Positions 9,261 through 13,069 of a stretch of DNA of 13,069 nucleotides are shown here, piece after piece. The notes under the pieces were generated by a model. It worked only from the letters and a program-made list of their open reading frames with translations. It was not told the origin of the DNA and did not search any database. Made by a program: the position numbers and the translations under genes. The DNA comes from an uncultured archaeon (lineage in GTDB: Archaea > Asgardarchaeota > Lokiarchaeia > Sigyniarchaeales > SOKP01): positions 984,937 to 998,005 of the forward strand of contig CAZALK010000001.1 in the NCBI GenBank assembly GCA_964486045.1, in the 5' to 3' direction. Every line of letters starts with the position of its first letter. Positions within the stretch are counted from its first letter, which is position 1.

Positions 9261-9265
9261 GAGGT
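9259..9265 (+). promoter_or_regulatory. Shine-Dalgarno-like site for 9273
   Basis: AGGAGGT overlapping the upstream TAG stop, 7 nt before the ATG. Confidence 0.7.
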
Positions 9266-9272
9266 TAGAACT

Positions 9273-9752
9273 ATGGGTTCAGTTAAAAATATGGTTAGAG
9301 GCTTTGTTTTCACAGCTATTTATGTTGTTGTTACTATCGTTATTCCTCTTGTAACATTTAGTTTAATTTTTAACTTAGTTGTTCAAGGAATTCCATTGGA
9401 TTTTGAACAACAAGATTTCCAAAACGTAGTATTCTGGATAGTTGCTTTTGGTTTAGTTGTAAGCGGATGCGCTTTTTTCACTTTTTCGTCACCTAAACAA
9501 TCAATAAGAAGAGCAAGTTTTGCCCTTATACAAGTATTTGTAAATTGTTTATACGTTTGGAGCTATAAGTTCTCTGGTGCAACTGATTTATCATTCGTCA
9601 TCATAGGTTTTGGAAGTTTTACATTGGATGTACAACAAATGATCATGACGTATATGGGAATCTACTTCCTAACTATCGTTCTAAAAGTATATGATATTAT
9701 TGATTTTACAATTAACAGAGAGAAAATCCGAGAAAACCGGATGAAAGCATAA
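9273..9752 (+). CDS. Hypothetical 4-TM membrane protein
   Basis: 159 aa with four hydrophobic helices, a probable beta-hairpin (LSFVIIGFGSFTLDV) between TM3 and TM4 and a charged C-tail. Strong SD; 12-nt gap to the upstream gene. Confidence 0.8.
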   Translation: MGSVKNMVRGFVFTAIYVVVTIVIPLVTFSLIFNLVVQGIPLDFEQQDFQNVVFWIVAFGLVVSGCAFFTFSSPKQSIRRASFALIQVFVNCLYVWSYKFSGATDLSFVIIGFGSFTLDVQQMIMTYMGIYFLTIVLKVYDIIDFTINREKIRENRMKA

Positions 9753-9771
9753 GAGAGGAGAAATAAAAAAA

Positions 9772-10170
9772 ATGATACTTCAAACAATAGAATTTTTAGA
9801 TGTATTAGCGAATATAATAGGTACTATTCTTTTGTTCTTGATGCCAATTGTAGTCCCCATAGGAGAATGGGTGGTTAGCTGGATTTCTGTGGGAATAGAT
9901 TTCTTAAGACAAAATTTCAGCACGGATTTTATGTTTTATATTATTATATGTGTTATTCTAGTCGTTTCCGGTATTATTGTAAATATAATCTGGCCTGGTG
10001 ACAAGCAAGGATCAATTTTTCATAAAGGAGGAGATAAAATTGATGATTTTGAAGATAAATATGATAAAACTGAAGACGATATAGTATCTGAAGTAAAGCG
10101 TTGTAAAGATTGCGGTAATCCTGTTGGAGATTCAGAAATTTGTCCACTTTGTGGAGCTCGTCAAATTTAG
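9772..10170 (+). CDS. Hypothetical membrane protein with C-terminal zinc ribbon
   Basis: 132 aa with two hydrophobic segments, an acidic linker (DKIDDFEDKYDKTEDD) and CKDC-x9-CPLC. GAGGAG at 9755-9760; 19-nt gap to the upstream gene. Confidence 0.82.
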   Translation: MILQTIEFLDVLANIIGTILLFLMPIVVPIGEWVVSWISVGIDFLRQNFSTDFMFYIIICVILVVSGIIVNIIWPGDKQGSIFHKGGDKIDDFEDKYDKTEDDIVSEVKRCKDCGNPVGDSEICPLCGARQI

Positions 10171-10188
10171 CTTAAATTTTTAATTCTA

Positions 10189-10204
10189 TCTTTTATTTTT
10201 TTAG
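10189..10204 (+). terminator. Archaeal oligo-T terminator of the three-gene operon
   Basis: TCTTTTATTTTTTTAG starting 19 nt after the stop; near-identical to the tract after the acyl-CoA dehydrogenase. Confidence 0.5.
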
Positions 10205-10518
10205 CTTCCCGGGAATTCTGAAGCTTTTAATTTTAAATTTCTTACTAGTCGGCTTTAAATCTCCTTAAATTATTTTTTGGTCTGGATTTATTGTTGAAAT
10301 TTTTTTTGGATTGTTAGTTATCGGAAAATTACCTTGTATATCTGGCAATTTGTCAGTATTTCCAACAACCTTAGTTTAATTAATTCATCTAACCTTAACT
10401 AGTTTATTATCATTGTTTCATTTAATAAAATATAATTATGATAAATAACTAATTTTGTAAAATACCTTTATTAAAATGAGATTTTAAATGGAACAAAAAA
10501 GAAATTGTTGACTTTATT

Positions 10519-11673
10519 ATGGAGTTTTCTCTAACTGAAAATCAAAAAATGTTAAAAAAAATAACACGAGAATTTGCTGAGGAATATCTTGTACCAGTAG
10601 CAAAAGAAAGTGATGAAAATCAAGAATTAGACAATAAAGCCTTTCAAAAAATGAAAGAAATGAATTATTTTGGGATATGTATTCCAGAAGAATACGGGGG
10701 TGCTGGTCTTCATAATGACACGATAGGGCATTGTATTGTTATTGAGGAGATTGGGCGAGCAGATGCGGGGTGGGGACTTACTATTGCAGTTCATAATGGT
10801 CTTGTTTCCTATCCAATCTATAAATATGGGACTGAAGAACATAAACAGAAATTTTTAAGTGATCTTGCTAAAGGAGAAAAAGTTGGAGCTTTTTGTTTAA
10901 CTGAACCAAACGCAGGTTCTGATGCCGGAGGAGTACAATTAACTGCTGAAAAAGATGGTGATGATTATATATTAAACGGTAATAAGATCTTTGCAACAAA
11001 TGGCGGCATTGCAAAAACTCTACTTGTTGTAGCGAAAACGGGTGAAAAAGAGGGTAGAAAACAATTATCTGTTTTTATTGTAGATGGTGATACACCGGGT
11101 TATTCTGTAGGGGTAAAAGAGGATAAATTAGGAGTACGTGCCTCAAAGACAACTGAACTCGTATTCGAGAATGTTCGAGTACCCCAGGAAAATATATTAG
11201 GAGAACTTGGAGCGGGTTTTAAGGTTGTAATGAAAATCTTAGAATATGGAAGAGTTACTATCGCAGCTCAATCTGTAGGTTTGGGACAAGCAGCTTTGGA
11301 AGCTTCAATTAAATATGCAAATGAAAGAGTACAGTTCGGAAAACCAATAGGAAGAAATCAAGCTATACAATGGAAATTAGCAGACATGTATTGTGCTGTG
11401 GAATCTGGTCGATATTTTACTTATAAAGCTGCTTATATGCATGATAACCAAATAGATTTCGGACATGTTAGCTCAATGGCAAAACTCGTTGCATCTGAGG
11501 CAGCGATGAAAGCGGCTCACAGTGCTGTTCAAATTCATGGGGGTTATGGTTTAATGAAAGAATATCCTGTTGAGAGATATTTCAGAGACGCTAAGATGGG
11601 TGAGATCTACGAGGGTACAAGCGAAATTCAAAGAATGATAATCGCTAATCATTTGTTGCGAAAAGGAGTTTAA
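10519..11673 (+). CDS. Acyl-CoA dehydrogenase (short-chain/butyryl-CoA dehydrogenase-like)
   Basis: 384 aa with IPEEYGG, EEIGRAD, FCLTEPNAGSD, LNGNKIFATNG, KLGVRAS, RVQFGKPI, QIHGGYG and ERYFRDAK. GEIYEGTSEIQR carries the catalytic Glu at the SCAD/MCAD position. Confidence 0.96.
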   Translation: MEFSLTENQKMLKKITREFAEEYLVPVAKESDENQELDNKAFQKMKEMNYFGICIPEEYGGAGLHNDTIGHCIVIEEIGRADAGWGLTIAVHNGLVSYPIYKYGTEEHKQKFLSDLAKGEKVGAFCLTEPNAGSDAGGVQLTAEKDGDDYILNGNKIFATNGGIAKTLLVVAKTGEKEGRKQLSVFIVDGDTPGYSVGVKEDKLGVRASKTTELVFENVRVPQENILGELGAGFKVVMKILEYGRVTIAAQSVGLGQAALEASIKYANERVQFGKPIGRNQAIQWKLADMYCAVESGRYFTYKAAYMHDNQIDFGHVSSMAKLVASEAAMKAAHSAVQIHGGYGLMKEYPVERYFRDAKMGEIYEGTSEIQRMIIANHLLRKGV

Positions 11674-11719
11674 TTGATAGAAAAGAAATCATTTTCAAAG
11701 ACATACCTAACCTATAACT

Positions 11720-11735
11720 TCTTTTTATTTTTTAG
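11720..11735 (+). terminator. Archaeal oligo-T terminator
   Basis: TCTTTTTATTTTTTAG downstream of the stop at 11673. Confidence 0.5.
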
Positions 11736-11878
11736 TGTAATTGGTTTTTTCCAACTTAATATTATCATAATAACATTTTGAATATTATATTAAATGGATA
11801 ATATTAAATTTAAAATCAGTAACTAATCTAATTAGGTAGTAATAAGAATATATGGTTTTTAAGTATCATCAGTAAATC

Positions 11879-12628
11879 ATGAATTTCAACTACAACCTCG
11901 AAAATTTCAAACACAAAAAGGATCTTATTGCAGAATTAAATTTCTATAAAACCTTCATTCTAAAAAAAGTAAAAGGTGGAGATTATAACTCAGCTTTAGA
12001 AAAAGTAAGATCAGCAATAGTCCTAATCCAAGAACATCAAGAATGCTTTAATATCGAAAAAGAGCTTATTGATTTTTACGAATTAAATAAAAAAGTTCAA
12101 ACAGAGTTAAAAAATCATAGGATGGTATATGAACGTCGGTTCAACAACCTTCTGAGGGAAAAACTTAATGAATCTAATCTTGAAAATTTCTCTAAGCTAT
12201 TAGCTATGTTAAAAAGTGACGTAGATCAAAATTTAGAAAAATACAATTTGGAAGATATTTGTTTAAATATCACGAAGTATTTCAGGTTTATCAAAAGATT
12301 GTATGAGATCCTAAGTTGTTATAAAGTATTAAATTACCATAATGCTTCCGAAAAAATTTTTGATTTTGTAAAAGATGTGAAGCCTGAGAATTTTCCAAAT
12401 TTAAAGTTTTTAATTTCTTCAGTTTATCAAAATTTGCTAAATTATAGACTAGGTAAATTTTCTAATGAATTTGAAAAAGTTCCCATTTCTACGCTTTCAA
12501 AAAAAATGGAAATAAATCAAGATAGTTTAGTTGATTTTATAAATTTGATTATGAAACAACCTAAAAGCCCAATAAAGGGCTATATTTCTGAAACTCGAGA
12601 GGTTTATTTCAAAAAACCAAGAATTTAA
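11879..12628 (+). CDS. Hypothetical all-helical soluble protein with C-terminal winged-helix (PCI-like)
   Basis: 249 aa, K/E/L/N-rich amphipathic helices. The C-terminus FEKVPISTLSKKMEINQDSLVDFINLIMKQPKSPIKGYISETREVYF follows a strand-helix-turn-helix-wing pattern. The CDS is well supported; the domain call is by eye. Confidence 0.7.
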   Translation: MNFNYNLENFKHKKDLIAELNFYKTFILKKVKGGDYNSALEKVRSAIVLIQEHQECFNIEKELIDFYELNKKVQTELKNHRMVYERRFNNLLREKLNESNLENFSKLLAMLKSDVDQNLEKYNLEDICLNITKYFRFIKRLYEILSCYKVLNYHNASEKIFDFVKDVKPENFPNLKFLISSVYQNLLNYRLGKFSNEFEKVPISTLSKKMEINQDSLVDFINLIMKQPKSPIKGYISETREVYFKKPRI

Positions 12629-12827
12629 CTCAGAGGAAATTATAAAACTCTGAAATAATACCCATGGTGGGTGGTGAACACCTTGCTTATATCTTATAAA
12701 CATCCTAACATGTACTCGAGTAAGGATAAATAAACACCATTTTTTAAGATTTTATACCATGATTAAGTTTAATTATTTAAAGAAAAAAAATTGATTTCAA
12801 AGATTTGGATTTAAGAGAAAGTCAATT

Positions 12828-13069
12828 CTAATTTTCTTTGATTTGGTTATGGCACCGTTTACAAATGGTAATGAGATTCTTAGGATCAAGGCAAATCTCT
12901 GGATTATACGTTGCGCTTACCCTGTGATGACAACCATTTGAAGGACTACCACAAATACGACATTTATCTTTATCACGCTCCAAAATCTCGGTTTTCCGTA
13001 TATTCCATTCTGGAGTGTTGTAGAAAAGCTTGATTAGATTATTTTGCCTTTCCAATTTGCTCAAGGTCT
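12828..13069 (-). CDS. HNH endonuclease (Zn-binding, phage/McrA-like), probably 5'-truncated by the window edge
   Basis: FYNTPEW...ILERDKDKCRICG...CHHR...NLITICKRCHN gives CxxC, HH, N, CxxCH. The track start at 13064 is a TTG, and the frame stays open to the window end. Confidence 0.88.
   Translation of the reverse strand, partial: TLSKLERQNNLIKLFYNTPEWNIRKTEILERDKDKCRICGSPSNGCHHRVSATYNPEICLDPKNLITICKRCHNQIKEN

Noticed and set aside
10205-10518. Possible small gene, pseudogene or ncRNA in the long intergenic region; recurring ACCTT and TTGTTG words
   Set aside because: The minus-strand open stretches I read are short and lack a convincing start. The repeated words are only 5-7 nt and irregularly spaced, so this is not CRISPR-like.
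10627-10842. Minus-strand 71-aa ORF
   Set aside because: Antisense shadow of the acyl-CoA dehydrogenase.
12665-12682. Minus-strand GGTGTTCACCACCCACCA as a tRNA 3' end or att remnant
   Set aside because: No canonical TTCRAAT loop or acceptor-stem spacing, and no cloverleaf can be drawn.
1-13069. Selenoprotein/SECIS or stop-codon recoding, CRISPR array, IS transposase
   Set aside because: No CDS is interrupted by an in-frame TGA or TAG, and there are no regularly spaced DNA repeats or transposase motifs.

Overview
AT-rich (roughly 30% GC by eye) archaeal-style chromosomal window. Gene style and content suggest an Asgard archaeon of the Lokiarchaeia type; this is inference, not a database result. 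The largest feature is missing from the ORF track: a minus-strand frame opens at 4417 and runs without a stop off the left edge (at least 1472 codons). It encodes a signal/anchor-bearing, sequon-rich surface protein with at least 8 tandem Ig-like repeats in two subtypes. To its right lie a stand-alone ADP-forming acyl-CoA synthetase beta subunit and a P2A (SERCA-like) Ca2+-ATPase, both on the minus strand. Next come a divergent three-gene operon of uncharacterised membrane proteins (LEA_2-like glycoprotein, 4-TM protein, membrane-anchored zinc ribbon), an acyl-CoA dehydrogenase and a helical protein with a PCI-like winged-helix C-terminus. At the right edge is a probably 5'-truncated, phage-type HNH endonuclease with a small inverted-repeat cluster 3' of it. 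No rRNA, tRNA, CRISPR array or transposase was found.
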